In this document: one piece after another, positions 1-12,370 of the stretch
Numbering within the stretch: position 1 is the first letter of the stretch
How the letters are laid out: each line of letters starts with the position of its first letter
Assembly: GCF_006345805.1 (NCBI RefSeq)
Contig: NC_043013.1
Location: forward strand, 57,226,001 to 57,290,000
DNA length: 64,000 nucleotides
Source: Octopus sinensis
Lineage: Eukaryota
Direction: 5' to 3'
The notes under the pieces: model-generated
The model's input: the letters and a program-made list of their open reading frames with translations, nothing else
Databases searched by the model: none
What the model was told of the DNA's origin: nothing
Translations under genes and position numbers: made by a program

Positions 1-20
1 ACATATATATGTATGTATAA

Positions 21-242
21 GTCTATCTATCCATCTATCTATCTATCCACTTATCCATCTATCTATCCATCCACCTATCTATATGTATATGTGTGTGTGT
101 ATATATATATAGATATATATAGATCCTATATCGTATGTGTGAAAGATAAGAAAAACTGAGTGTGTGCGTGCGTGTGTGTGTGTGTGCGTGCGTGCGTGTG
201 TGTGTGTGTGTGCGTGAGTGTGTAGATAGAGGTGCGTGTGTG
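21..242. repeat. Compound microsatellite (TCTA)n/(TA)n/(TG,TGCG)n
   Basis: Directly visible tandem repeats. Confidence 0.9.
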
Positions 243-970
243 TCTATTTTTTCTGTACGTAGCTGACATTTATTTCTCCTTCTCCATTAGCATATGATCC
301 TCCGTTTTGCTAGTTTTTCCTGTTCCTACTTTTCATTGAAACCTTTGTTGCTTCTACTCGCTTGCTCTTTTCTCTCGCTACGTATATTACTCAGGCCCAG
401 CAAGGACAAAACATGAGGATTTTGGACACATTTTCGTCCCTCAAATTCACAAACATACTTAAGCATTCAACCTTTCGATCTGGTACACACTGTACCATCA
501 CTGAACAAAAATACACCTTACTAAGGAACTGTAAAGAAAATAAAGACATTCTCTGTCGTGGGTGAGCCAAACCAAACAGGACAGTGACAATGCTCAGAGA
601 GTTTAACAAGAGGAACAATATTGCATACTACTGGAGGATATACATCGTTAGCTGCCATTCAAATATCATCGCAGTTTCATCGCATTACAGCAATGGTACC
701 AGATGCGATTAGAAAATATATTCCAATTTAAATTTTGGGGATCATTTGAGGGATACAGTTCCATTTAATGTTGAAGTAACACGATCAGTATTTACATACA
801 CACACGAGTGTGTGTGTATGTGTATGTGGTTTCTGTCCTAATATTATTTTGCTACAAGTCTAAATACATTTCATGCCTATTAATACCTTATAAACTACAT
901 TTATTTCACACAGAAATATTAATTTTACGCATATTTACACGGCCAAATCTATTTGTATGTATATGTGTAC

Positions 971-973
<3 letters not shown>

Positions 974-1015
<42 letters not shown>
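974..1015. repeat. (TG)n microsatellite within a TA/TG-rich tract
   Basis: Visible; source of the spurious CV/HT-repeat ORFs at 808-1280. Confidence 0.95.
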
Positions 1016-1019
<4 letters not shown>

Positions 1020-2069
1020 CGCGTATGTGTGTGCACGTGTGTACGTGTGTGTAAATATAGTTATAGATATATATGCATATACATTTATATGTACGCTTGT
1101 ATATACGAATGCATATATATTCACAGCCATACATGCGCAGACGTACAAACACGAATATTTATGCACAAACACATGAATATGTATGGCAGACAGATCACAA
1201 ACCTACGTGCTAATGTAAATGAGACGATATTTGCAAACAGGTTAGCTAGGAAACAGTTTCATATTTTATTTATTTTTTAAATAAAATAAAACCAATGAAG
1301 CGCTTAATGTTTCTTAAATATCACAAATATTTTATAGAACCCCACACCTTTGAAATAAAACTTCTTTTCTCTTAATTTAAACCAATTTATGTATAGAAAT
1401 ATAATTCAATTCATACAAATATATTGGCTTATTTGTTAAATCTTTTTACTTTTTTGATACGAAAAACTAGTTTTTTTTAAAAAAAAAGATTGAGAAACAA
1501 AAGATAACATGAAAATAATATTTTTGTATCAATTTTCATGTGAAGTTGAACAAACTGAAGTAAAATGTTTAGTCAAAAGATTATTCAATTTCAATTTTGT
1601 TATATTTTATGGCTTTAAAATGGGAAAATTAACAAATTATCTGCTATGAATAATAAATGGATTGGTTATCACTGCATTAGGTTAAATGAAGAATCGGCTC
1701 TTTAAACAGGTTAATCACATTTGAATAATTTAAGGCTCTCCTTAAAGTTTTTAAATCAGGAATATTGGAAAAAATTATCGCTGCTTAAAATTCTTTGAAA
1801 ATATAAACAAACAAAAGAATATTGCAAAAAACTGCCATAATAAGGAAATCTTAACTCTTGGTTAACCCAATGTTAAACTTGCTGTAAGGATTTCGGTTTA
1901 TTGAAATTAGGAAATCAATGATGAAATATTAAAACTTCCATAATGAATAACTGGTCTAGAAGAAGATGTAAAGATTGAAATTAGTTTCGGTACTGGATTA
2001 AGGATTAATTCCATGTGGATTGAGTAGATTACTAATATCAGAACGACTGAGAGAAAATAATGGATGGAA

Positions 2070-2080
2070 GAGAGAGATAG

Positions 2081-2135
<55 letters not shown>
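2070..2135. repeat. (GATA)n(GA)n microsatellite
   Basis: Visible tandem repeats. Confidence 0.95.
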
Positions 2136-2137
<2 letters not shown>

Positions 2138-2844
2138 CAGCCACTGCCTCCTGAAATTTACAATACTCGGAGTTCGTAGTTTAACCGTGTAAATTTCAAA
2201 TCCTTCCATTATCGATTTTACCATTTTTGTGCTTACATTTATTTTTTGTTATCGTTGTTGTTGCTTTGTTGTTGTCTGACCCCAGGTTAGTTTGCATGGA
2301 ACAAATTTATGATGAAAACCATTCCCTCCATGACAATCCTTATGGGTATGGAAGGCAGGATGAAATTAGTCAACGTGAAATTTTCTAAGAAGAAAACTAT
2401 GTCTTTACTTTCAGGTGGTAGTGTGTGAATTGTGGGAAATTAGGCGGTTACATTTAACGAGTCAAACGACAATGTAGACGCTCCCCCACGCCAAAGTATG
2501 GAGGCCGAGAGGGGAGTTTAGATTCGAGTTGTACCTGCAGACACATTCTATTTCATTCTCAAAAATGAAAATGGTAATATATCGTATATTCCATAAGTTT
2601 CCAGTTATGGGTTCAAAATGAATTAAGAACCAAAAGTGTAGGAGAGAGTAAGAGAAGATCAAACGCCTTACCCAGCCACAGATTAAACGCCGCCAATTTT
2701 CTTGTGTATTTGTTTTTACTACTCTGGTTCATTAATGAAACCTTATGCTTTATTTCTGAATGACTAACTCAGAGAAATTGTGTCAATCAGCAGGACATCT
2801 ATCAAGACTTCTGTGAGTGGTGGTGGTTGGATGGAGGAGGAGGT

Positions 2845-3135
2845 TAACTAACTGGCACTACGTCGGCTACGACGATGAGTGCTCCAGTTGATACTATCAA
2901 CAGAACAGCTTGCTCGTGAAATTCACGTGCAAATGGCTGAACACTCCATAGACACGCCTACCCTTGAAGTAATTCTGATGGAGATCCAGCATCAAACAGG
3001 GTGTAACAAGTCTGGCCCTTTGAATGCACTGGAGCAAGGTGAAATAAAGTTTCTTGCTTAAGGTCACAACACATCACTGGTAATCGAACTCACGAACTTA
3101 TGATTGTGAGTCGAATATCCTAGTCCCGTGACTTC
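2845..3135 (-). mobile_element. Old tRNA-derived SINE (third family)
   Basis: The minus strand reads ...AGGATATTCGACTCACAATCATAAGTTCGTGAGTTCGATTACC (B-box-like), followed by a CCTTAAGCAAGAAACTTTATTTCACCTTGCTCCAG core typical of invertebrate SINE central domains. Confidence 0.6.
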
Positions 3136-4368
3136 ACCAAGAGAGGAAGTTACACTCAGACCAAAGACAGAGCAAGAATTCTTGCATCACAATGGATTCA
3201 ATCAAAGAAATATTTGTATCTAAAAACAAATGCTATCAGAACCCAAATTCTATGACAAAATCCAAGTTTTTGATCGGAGCAGACACTGAAACCACGATGG
3301 GTTGGTTACATTCCGAAAGCTTCAAATTGTAAAATAATTCATAACTAAGTGATTTATGAAAATAAAACTGTTTGTCTTTTTAGTAAAGCATCCAACCTTC
3401 CCATCAATACAAGAGGATGCAGAGAACAAATGATTGTAAACCAACAGGGAAGCATTTAACCCAAGATAATAAGCGCTAGAGGAAAACTAGATGAACTTTT
3501 CTCTGATGCAATGGCAGCTTTGCTGTGGGTGCTTCACAATAATAGAAATGATTAACTTGCTCAACAGTGTAGGTGCATATATTAACTTAATAAAAAAACG
3601 TTTCTATTCCACGCGGATATTTCTCCAGTACCTTCTTTCTTTCAATGTTAATATCTGGACCAGAATGTTCAAAAAATCACAAAAATGTCTGAATATGCCA
3701 GGAGATCGCCAGAATTGTATTCCTTGATGGTGCTGCTGATATCACATTGAGCAACAGAGGAAGAATCTAGTTAGTATTTCCACATATTTTGAGATTTAAA
3801 GCATCGCCACCATAATAACGTCGAATGAAAAGTACAGCTGAAGTTTGTAGTATTTCAGTACAAGTGTGAGATATAAATAAATAGAAACAATTACATCATT
3901 TCGCTTGCATCTGTTTCCGTTACGAAGGGTGAATAGAAGTTTAGCACTTGGAATACCTAGTCTGTCATATCTTCGAGTCTGGAGGCTTCTTATGAGGAGC
4001 ATCGGATAACTGAAATGCTCAAGAGGCTTGTAAGTAGTGCCACACATGTTATTGAATCGAAAATCGTGACAAAACCATGGGAAAGTGTTGCATAGAAAAT
4101 CCCATTGTGACCGAGATTTCCAATTCATATTTGATCTTTCAACGAGCTTTTGTAAAAGAAGACATTTATTACCGACAGAGTTGTCCTCTAATAGGGATTC
4201 AGTCCTGTAGGGAAGATGATATTTGAGAGAATTTTAAAGAACGGAAGAGAGATGACTTTGTAGTGTGTATAGGGAATACTATACATATATATATATAGAT
4301 ATATATATATATATAAATGAATATATAATATAATATACATGTATATCATATATATATATGCAAATATA

Positions 4369-4407
<39 letters not shown>

Positions 4408-5212
4408 CATGTATATTATATTATATATTCATTTATATATATATGCATACACACAAACGCATGCGCACACAACCAATTACATCATCACCTTAATATGTAT
4501 GGATATATATGTCGCTTTTCATTTTATTTTAGTTTGAAATATTAAGATTAATTCAAATTTATTCAATTTCACATTTGCTATTTTAGAATTTTCTCAAGAA
4601 ACCAATTCTTCAGCGCATGTCTGCACATGCTTAGGCGAGAGAGGGAGGGAGAGAGAGAGAGAATGGGTGAGTGAGTGAGAGAAAAAAGAAATACGAAGGA
4701 ATTATGTGTGGATATGTTTGTGTATGATTCTGTGAGGATGTGTGTGTGGGTGGAAGCAATGAATAAACATAGATAATTACATTTAGTTGAAATAGCTGAG
4801 AATAAAAGCTAAGATTGTTCTTCATGGAAAATCATTGAAAGAATTCTTCGAATGACTGTAAAGAACTTCTTAAGTGAAACTGCAAATACGTCGTTTCAAG
4901 AAATATATTTGTGAAATTTGACGATTCTGATTGAATAAGAAGGAAATCTATTTGGGAAATCTGGTGGGAAATAAGTGGGACAAAACGAGATTCGTTGTTT
5001 TAAAATGGGTATAAATTGATTATATATGAAACCGGTATTCTGTACAAGTGGGTGTATATAAAAATTATATATTCAAAAAGGAATCGTAATTGTTCCTCAA
5101 TTCCCAGACATTTTTATAAACTCAGGTAACAATGTTCTTTTTGTTAATTAAGTCAGTTATTTGAGCGCTTAGTCATTTTACTATTTAATTACATGATTAT
5201 TATTTTTACTAT

Positions 5213-5435
5213 GGTGGCGACGCAGTGAGTTAGCAGAATCATTCGCACGCCGGATGAAAGGCTTAGCGGCATTTCGTCCGTCATTATGTTCTGAGTTCAA
5301 TTTCCGCTGGCTTTGCTTTTCATTTGTTTGGCGTCGATAAAATAAGTACCAGTTGAGCACTGGGGTTGATGTAATCGACTTACCCCCTCCCCTGAAATTG
5401 CTGGCCTTGTGCCAAAAATGTGAAACTATTATTAT
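5213..5435 (+). mobile_element. tRNA-derived SINE, family 2
   Basis: A-box-like TAGCAGAATC, B-box GAGTTCAATTTCC; homologous to copies at 27447, 31927 and 62087. Confidence 0.8.
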
Positions 5436-5442
5436 AATGAGA

Positions 5443-5565
5443 GCGGGTTGGCATAATCAAACTTTTTGCGGTATTTTGTCCTTTTTACGTTCTGAGTTCA
5501 AATCTGCTGAGGTAGATACTGCCTCTCGTCTTTTGGGGTCAAAAAAATAAGGCAGCGCCCAAATA
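5443..5565 (+). mobile_element. Partial second SINE family 2 copy in tandem
   Basis: TGGCATAATC...CGTTCTGAGTTCAAATCTGCTGAGGT matches the family 2 head. Confidence 0.65.
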
Positions 5566-5784
5566 CTCGCCTTAAACAAAAATCTCTAACCATTATTATA
5601 ACCACCATTATCGTTTTTGTTATGTTTTGCAAATAGTGTGAGTGTTTAGATACAGCCCATTGGCACAGTCGAATTACCATATTTTTACGTGATAAATATT
5701 TGTTGAATCACAATTTAGCTTTTCTACGCGACCTCCGTTCCTACGTTAATGAGGCAACAAATAAATTCAATCCTTCGACATATT

Positions 5785-5827
<43 letters not shown>

Positions 5828-6127
5828 GTATAAGGCTGTCTCACATGAAATTGGATTTTTAATGAGTTTCTATGTATATGCCTGTGCCCCCCACCCACCC
5901 CAAAAAAAAGATGAAATATCTCCCCTGTCCACAATAATAACGATCACCAATTTTCCCACGTAATTTAAATAATTTTAATATGGCGATTAGCGAAAGCGAA
6001 ACTGGTTGACAAACATTAAAAAATGTATTAAAGCTATGTAAAATGTGTGTATTTTCCTTCGTTAATTTCTTATATACATTACAACTCACCACGTGGGAAT
6101 AATCGAAATTCCTACCTTTCTGTTACT

Positions 6128-6250
6128 ATATATATACGATGGTCTTTCAGTTTCTGTCTAACAAATCTGCTAACAAAGTTTTGGTGTGTCCGACGCTATA
6201 GTAGACGTCATTTGCCCAAGGTGCTAAGCAGTGGCACTGGACCCAGGGCC
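6128..6250 (-). mobile_element. Degenerate SINE family 1 fragment
   Basis: TTTCAGTTTCTGTCTAACAAATC...GCTATAGTAGACGTCATTTGCCCAAG matches the family 1 core. Confidence 0.65.
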
Positions 6251-7369
6251 ATACATTATATATGTGCATGTGTATGTGTGTGTGTGTTTCTGTGCGTGTG
6301 TGCGCGTGTGTTTTTGGCGTACGAGTTTATGTATGCGTGGTTTTATTGATTTAAACATCTGCTAAAATTACTCTGCACTTCATTTTATGGTTGATGTAAC
6401 CTTTCCTTTCCTCTCCGCTTGTATACCCGGCCGTAGGTGGACCCGATCAAGCGATTCCAGGTTAGTGGAGTGTAATCCATGCTTTCATCTCAAATCACAC
6501 GCAAATACAAACATACGCACACACACACCCACAATCAACCACACAAGCACATATTTGTTTTCATTGATATGCGAATTGGTTTTTGCCTATATAGGATACA
6601 TATTCCATGTATTCTCGACTGCAAAATAATTCCATATTCTGTATATTTATATACGCTTATTTGTACAATAGATGATGTGGTGTATATGCAAACACGCTAA
6701 ATCTAACGGATTTCTGTGATTTTATTTTAGCAAGAATTTAAATATAGAGCAAAACTGAAGACAAAACCAAGCGAAAACACTTAAATACCTACCACATACA
6801 ATAAAAAAAACGTAAAAGATTTAACGAATTAAAACATGTAAAAATAGCAGAAATTAATTTTCACACTCAATTATTTGAATATTTACACTTTTGTATTAAT
6901 ATTTCTATTTTAAAATATTTTTCTTTTGTTTCTTTATTGAATTTATCACCATCAGTAACGTAAAGAAAAAAGAAAATGTTTGAGAAGTATGTGCGTGAAA
7001 TACTGCGAGAATCACCCTTCTTTTCGGTTTTAAAGACGGGGAGGTGATGTGTCGGGGATGGGGAGGAATTTGTAAGGTGCCAAACAGCTATATTGGAAAT
7101 AGATGGAATTTAGGAATATAAAGAGAGAAATCAGAAGAACAAAAAATGCTGAAGACAGAGTTAAACATGGATATTTGTAGATGTGTGTGTGTGCGTTTGC
7201 GCGCGCGCGTGTGATCATTCGGCTATGTACGTATATGGTTCCTTTTTAGATTTGCAGTGCATGCGGCTGTGCGTACGATTACGCATACATACACCCGTAT
7301 GTACGAGTGTATATATATATATTTGTATGGGCGTATATATATATATGTATGCATACATGTACACATATA

Positions 7370-7401
<32 letters not shown>

Positions 7402-8344
7402 CACAGACACATTTATACATATGTAACTATCGAACAATGAGAATGAGTGCTCAGTACCGCATTCGTGGATAATGTACAAATATATATATATATATATGGT
7501 ATGTATATGTAAAAAATACAAACTGGGACAAGAACGCAAAACATTCAGAAGACGATACAAAAAACACGGACAGGACATGTGTATGTATGTGTGCATAGAC
7601 TGATAGAGTGATCGACCTATGTGTCTATCTATAGATAGATAGAAGCAGAGATTGATGTAGAGAATGTAAACGCACTCAACACGTATTGGGAACGTTCAAC
7701 GATACATAGGTGTGTGTGTGCGCGCGCGCGTGCTTCTGTGTGTGTGTGTGTGTGTGTCCATTAATATTGCTGGAGGTTCTTTGTCCATTGTTTCTATAAT
7801 GGACCGAATTAGTGAGTGTACGACTTTTTCTACCTTATCCTTGTTAAGTAATCCAGAGAGATCATTAAACTCAGACCCATCGTAATTCCACATAAGTTTG
7901 TTTCGGGTTTTTTTACCCAGAGGGAGATATGTATATACTGCAGAACAGAATTCGTGTCCTAGCACGAATCTGTTATTAGGGATCTATCTGTTATTAAGGT
8001 CGCTTAGTCAGCTTCTGATGTCCAAGACTTACAATTATGTATTACCTAAATATCTTACAGCAATTTCCTTCTACCACCGAAAATTTGCAATCTGCCCTAA
8101 AATATAAATATTTGAATGTTCTGTGTTTGTCTCTTGCATTGAACTTTATGCTAAAAAGATGTCAAAGAAGGAAACTTAGATATGTTCAGTAGGAACAACG
8201 GAAACAGGGAAACAACATGAAATGCATAATGTCTTAGTTTGCACACTCACGTGCGCACACATATACGTACATACAGGCAGTCACACAGACAGGCAGACTC
8301 ACACGGGTAGAGTAAAAATCTTCATGAAATTCGGAACATCTAAA

Positions 8345-9080
8345 ACTTGGCCTTCTACCAATCAGCACAAGATATATTGGAATTGTTTTTATAAAATCTA
8401 TAAATCTCTGTGTCAATTTAAATATACTTGCCTCTCTACTTGATCTCAAATGAACTACGAACCATATGAACTTTTATCAAATATTTCTGTCAATTTATCT
8501 CTATCAATTTCTATTTTTTTTTCAATTTCACTTCTTTCAAAATGAAATATAATTAATGTGTCTTTTATTAGTTTGTACCGATGAGCGACAATTATGTCGA
8601 AACAGTTTTGTCTATAAATATTAATAAAGTAAATATTGTAGATGAAACAAAATTAAATTAAATCATTGGAAAAATATTTCTAAATATGCTGGTATTTTAA
8701 TGAAATTCTGTCCTCCACTTTTAAAAAATGGCCTGCTACCAATGATAGCAAGTATATTGGAATGTTGTGTAGAGAAAGTTTCTGTGTCCGTTTAAATTTT
8801 CTTTCGATTCCACATAATTTAAAATGAACTACGATCCAAAGTAATTTTATCAATTTTTTATAAAGTATGTTTCTATTTTTCTCCCGCAATTTTCCCTTCT
8901 TTATTTTTCAGTCATTATTGAAACTTTATTCAATTTATGTATCCCCAATTAGCTTGTATGGTTGGCACACAATTAAGTCGAAATATTTCCATCTACAAAT
9001 ATTAAGGGTTAATATTGTAATATTGTAATATTACAGCTGAAACGAAAATAAATTCAATATCAAGGAAATAAATTAGGAAT
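8345..9080. repeat. Diverged direct tandem duplication, period about 381 bp
   Basis: Collinear shared blocks: GGCCT(T/G)CTACCAAT at 8349/8730, TCTGTGTC, AAATGAACTACGA(A/T)CCA, ACAATTA(T/A)GTCGAAA, TCTA(T/C)AAATATTAA. Confidence 0.8.
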
Positions 9081-9633
9081 TTAAGGACTATGGCACATTC
9101 TATTTAATTAAAAAATGGGAATAAATTCCTCCAAAGAATTATTTCTCGTGCAAAGAACCTGAACAACCAATAAGAAACATGCTTACAATGCAACTGAAAT
9201 CTCAACAAAAAAAATCGATTATTTTTTATTTAATGCACAACTGTATCTATGAGTATTTTACTTTCAAAGCACGTGACTTTCGTTTTGAAAGGTGAACATG
9301 GCAGAACAGGTCTAGTGCACGGCGACATAATTATTGCCAGCAGAAAGACTTTCACAGGATACCACACACTGTGGTGCTGTAAATTCTAAGTAGACTGTGT
9401 GGATAAATGCTTACTCACAGGACGATAAATACTTACTACAGTGAGATGAGAGTTCAGTATGAGTTCATCATAGAATCATGTGTGATCAGAAGAGGCCTAT
9501 CATGCTTCGATTGGAAAACCCTTCTTTTAAACATCTGTTGACCCTTATAAAGATATTCAGAACTAAGTGTTTATGAGAATTTCTATTTGCTGCTAACTTC
9601 TCATAACAGAATCTTTCGAAAACTATATCTTAA

Positions 9634-9840
9634 CTCTTACTTGTTTCAGTCATTGAACTGGGACCACGCTGGTGCACGTCTGGAAAGGTTTTGTAGAACA
9701 AATAAACCCCACTACATATTTCTTAACCTAGTAATTATTCTGTCGCTCACTTTGGACGAAATGTTAGGTAACGTAAACAAACCAATACCGGTTGCCAAGC
9801 GATGGTGGGAGACAAACACAGACAAAAACACTCATACATA
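9634..9840 (-). mobile_element. SINE family 1, diverged 3' half
   Basis: TTACTTGTTTCAGTCATTGA...GACAAACACAGAC matches other copies. Confidence 0.75.
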
Positions 9841-10895
9841 GCCACCCCACCCTCTTAAGTAGCCTCCTTACCAAAAGTACTTCATACTACCCCACTCCTT
9901 TGGACACTAACCTATCAACCTCTAACTCTTCCCTATTCATTCCCCTCTATTCAATTTTATGCACCTCTGCATACCGCTATACTCCCCCTCCAGCACCAAC
10001 CAATTCCCTTGTCCCACTAACCACTGCTATATCGATTACCAACTCACACCCACTGTAACCACCCCTTCTATCTTCTCTCATACCCCTGTACATACCTTAG
10101 TAATCTCCCTTAGGCACTGAACCAGTCAACTTATTTCCCTCAAATAATGGCCATTCCCTTCCTCACTATCTCAACCATTAATTCTATACCCTTCATACAA
10201 ACTAACGCAATAGACTACCATTCACAAGCTACTTACAACACCCTCCTCTCTTCCTCCTACCAGCCTCCATATTAACCCCTCATTCTTGAAATTTATTCTC
10301 TTCTCTCACTATTCCCTAACTGAATTCCCCCCTGTAATACACTTAGCTCTCCACAAAATCATCTACCTTTGAATTTCTTCCTTTTAACACCTTAAATGTA
10401 AGATCACTTCCCTGAAAACTGAGGCTCGTCTCATCCTACGATGGAATCGATCAATAAACATTATTTTGGACCCCAGAAACAGTTGTTGGATTTGTTATAC
10501 TCCGACTCCTTTAATTCTCACTATCATTTGTATTCTGCGTAAAGCGGAACCTTTTGTATGTAAATATATATACAGGTTTTGTATTTCATGTGTTAAATAT
10601 ACTTTATATATTGATCTGTCTCACTTGGTTATCCCTACATTTACTTATATATATATATATATCAGCCAAACATATACCACGACAACAATACCAACAATTA
10701 ATACCAACATTTATATACCACGACAACATTTCAGATGTTACCATATTAATGCCAATACACTCGACTGAAACGCCGAAACGCTAACAGCACGAGAACGGTG
10801 AAGAAGTTTCAATAAATTAGTAATGCAATACTAGAGTATTGCTTTCCAGTAAAGAATAGCCCGTGAGGGAAAAATATACAAAGAAGTAAATATAT

Positions 10896-11302
10896 AGGCG
10901 TAGGAGTGGCTGTGTGGTAAGTAGCTTGCTAACCAACCACATGGTCCCGGGTTCAGTCCCACTGCGTGGCATCTTGGGCAAGTGTCTTCTACTATAGCCC
11001 CGGGCCGACCAATGCCTTGTGAGTGGATTTGGTAGACGGAAACTGAAAGAAGCCTGTCGTATATATGTATATATATATATATGTATGTATGTGTGTGTTT
11101 GTGTGTCTGCTGTGTTTGTCCCACTAGCATTGCTTGACAACCGATGCTGGTGTGTTTACGTCCCCGTAACTTAGCGGTTCGGCAAAAGAGACCGATAGAT
11201 TAAGTACTGGGCTTACAAAGAATAAGTCCCGGGGTCGAGTTGCTCGACTAAAGGCGGTGCTCCAGCATGGCCGCAGTCAAAATGACTGAAACAAGTAAAA
11301 GA
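10896..11302 (+). mobile_element. Full-length tRNA-derived SINE, family 1
   Basis: A box TGGCTGTGTGG, B box GGTTCAGTCCC, internal TA/TG tract, perfect 16-bp TSD AAAGAAGTAAATATAT (10880-10895, 11303-11318). Confidence 0.93.
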
Positions 11303-11597
11303 AAAGAAGTAAATATATGGCACAACGAAGTACCGATATTTACTGGAAATAACGAACGTAATAATACGACGCTAATGTATAGCTTCACCGCGTATGTACT
11401 AGCAAAAATGCGTGAGTGCAACAAACTAGAAAAAATTGTCTTACCTCCAGGGAGAACATCTGAAAGATGAAATACCTAGAAAAGGATAATGTGGGACCGG
11501 CGCCGGTTTCAGATTTTTCAAGATATGTCTGCACCCATAAAATTGATCTATCTTCGTCGGCATTAATGTGGTAACATCTGAAATGTTGTCGTGGTAT

Positions 11598-11678
11598 ATG
11601 TTTGGCTGATGAAGATAGATCAAGTATATGGGTGCAGACATATCTTGAAAAATCTGAAACCGGCTCCGGTCCCACATT
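11598..11678 (+). ncRNA. Type I hammerhead ribozyme with intact core
   Basis: CTGATGA 11606-12; helix II AGAT/ATCT with an internal hairpin; GAAA 11656-59; helix III ACCGG-CT-CCGGT; GTC triplet 11669-71; helix I ATG(TT)TGG/CCACAT. Confidence 0.7.
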
Positions 11679-11863
11679 ATCCTTTTCTAGGTGTTTCATC
11701 TTTCAGATGTTCTCCCTGGAGGTGAGACAATTTTTTCTAGTTTGTTGCACTCACGCATTTTTGCTAGTACATACGCGGTGAAGCTATACATTAGCGTCGT
11801 ATTATTACGTTCGCTATTTCCAGTAAATATCGGTACTTCGTGTGCCATATATTTACTTCTTTG

Positions 11864-11934
<71 letters not shown>

Positions 11935-12019
11935 TAATACATACATGCAAACACAAACACATATATGTAGTTATGCTTGTATGTTTGTATATACTTGTGG
12001 TGTGCTTTTTTCAATTTCC

Positions 12020-12370
12020 GTCTCTCATCATTGTTTGACCGTGGTCGAGACAATGGAATTTACCATGTTACACCAGACTTCACGGACCATCATAGCATTA
12101 CGGATAGCATTATGGAGGTCCTGTTGCTGGATGTCTGTATCCCTGGAGATTACATCAGGGTAGGAGATTCTGCGTCCTCTGGTATCGCGAGCAGATGGCT
12201 TCCAGAAGAGAAGAGTAGAAATTACCTCGTTTTCAGCTCTACAACAATGTCCAGCAAACAAGAGATGATACAGGTGATAATTTCCCATATATCTGTACTT
12301 TCATTGAATGATTTCCGTCTACCAGATCTACACACAAGGTTTTGGAAAATCTGAGACTATATTCCATATG
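12020..12370 (-). mobile_element. RTE-clade LINE 3' fragment
   Basis: IYGKLSPVS frameshifts into LFAGHCCRAENEVISTLLFWKP...RGRRISYPDVISRDT...VW, the RTE C-terminal motif, followed by a TGA-type tail. Confidence 0.8.

Larger units (their letters stand above)
10661..11867. mobile_element. Non-coding hammerhead-bearing foldback element (retrozyme or Penelope pLTR-like), interrupted by a SINE
   Basis: Inverted arms 11303-11558 and 11608-11862 differ by 7 substitutions and 1 indel. The left arm continues across the SINE TSD to 10874. The loop sequence recurs inverted at 10661-10754. (TA)n flanks both ends. Confidence 0.8.

Noticed and set aside
459-528. Minus-strand candidate exon (strong acceptor, GTATGT donor; ...MVQCVPDRKVECL)
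   Set aside because: Several alternative acceptors and no recognisable protein; such signals are common by chance in AT-rich DNA.
3961-4029. 69-nt candidate exon SVISSSLEASYEEHRITEMLKRL with GTAAGT donor
   Set aside because: Weak acceptor and no recognisable homology.
10764-10788. CTGAAACGCCGAAACGCTAACAG as an opposite-strand ribozyme in the monomer
   Set aside because: The CUGANGA core and helix II are incomplete, so an ambisense ribozyme cannot be supported.
10896-10970. tRNA-like A and B boxes
   Set aside because: SINE heads; no complete cloverleaf or acceptor stem, and they continue into the SINE body.
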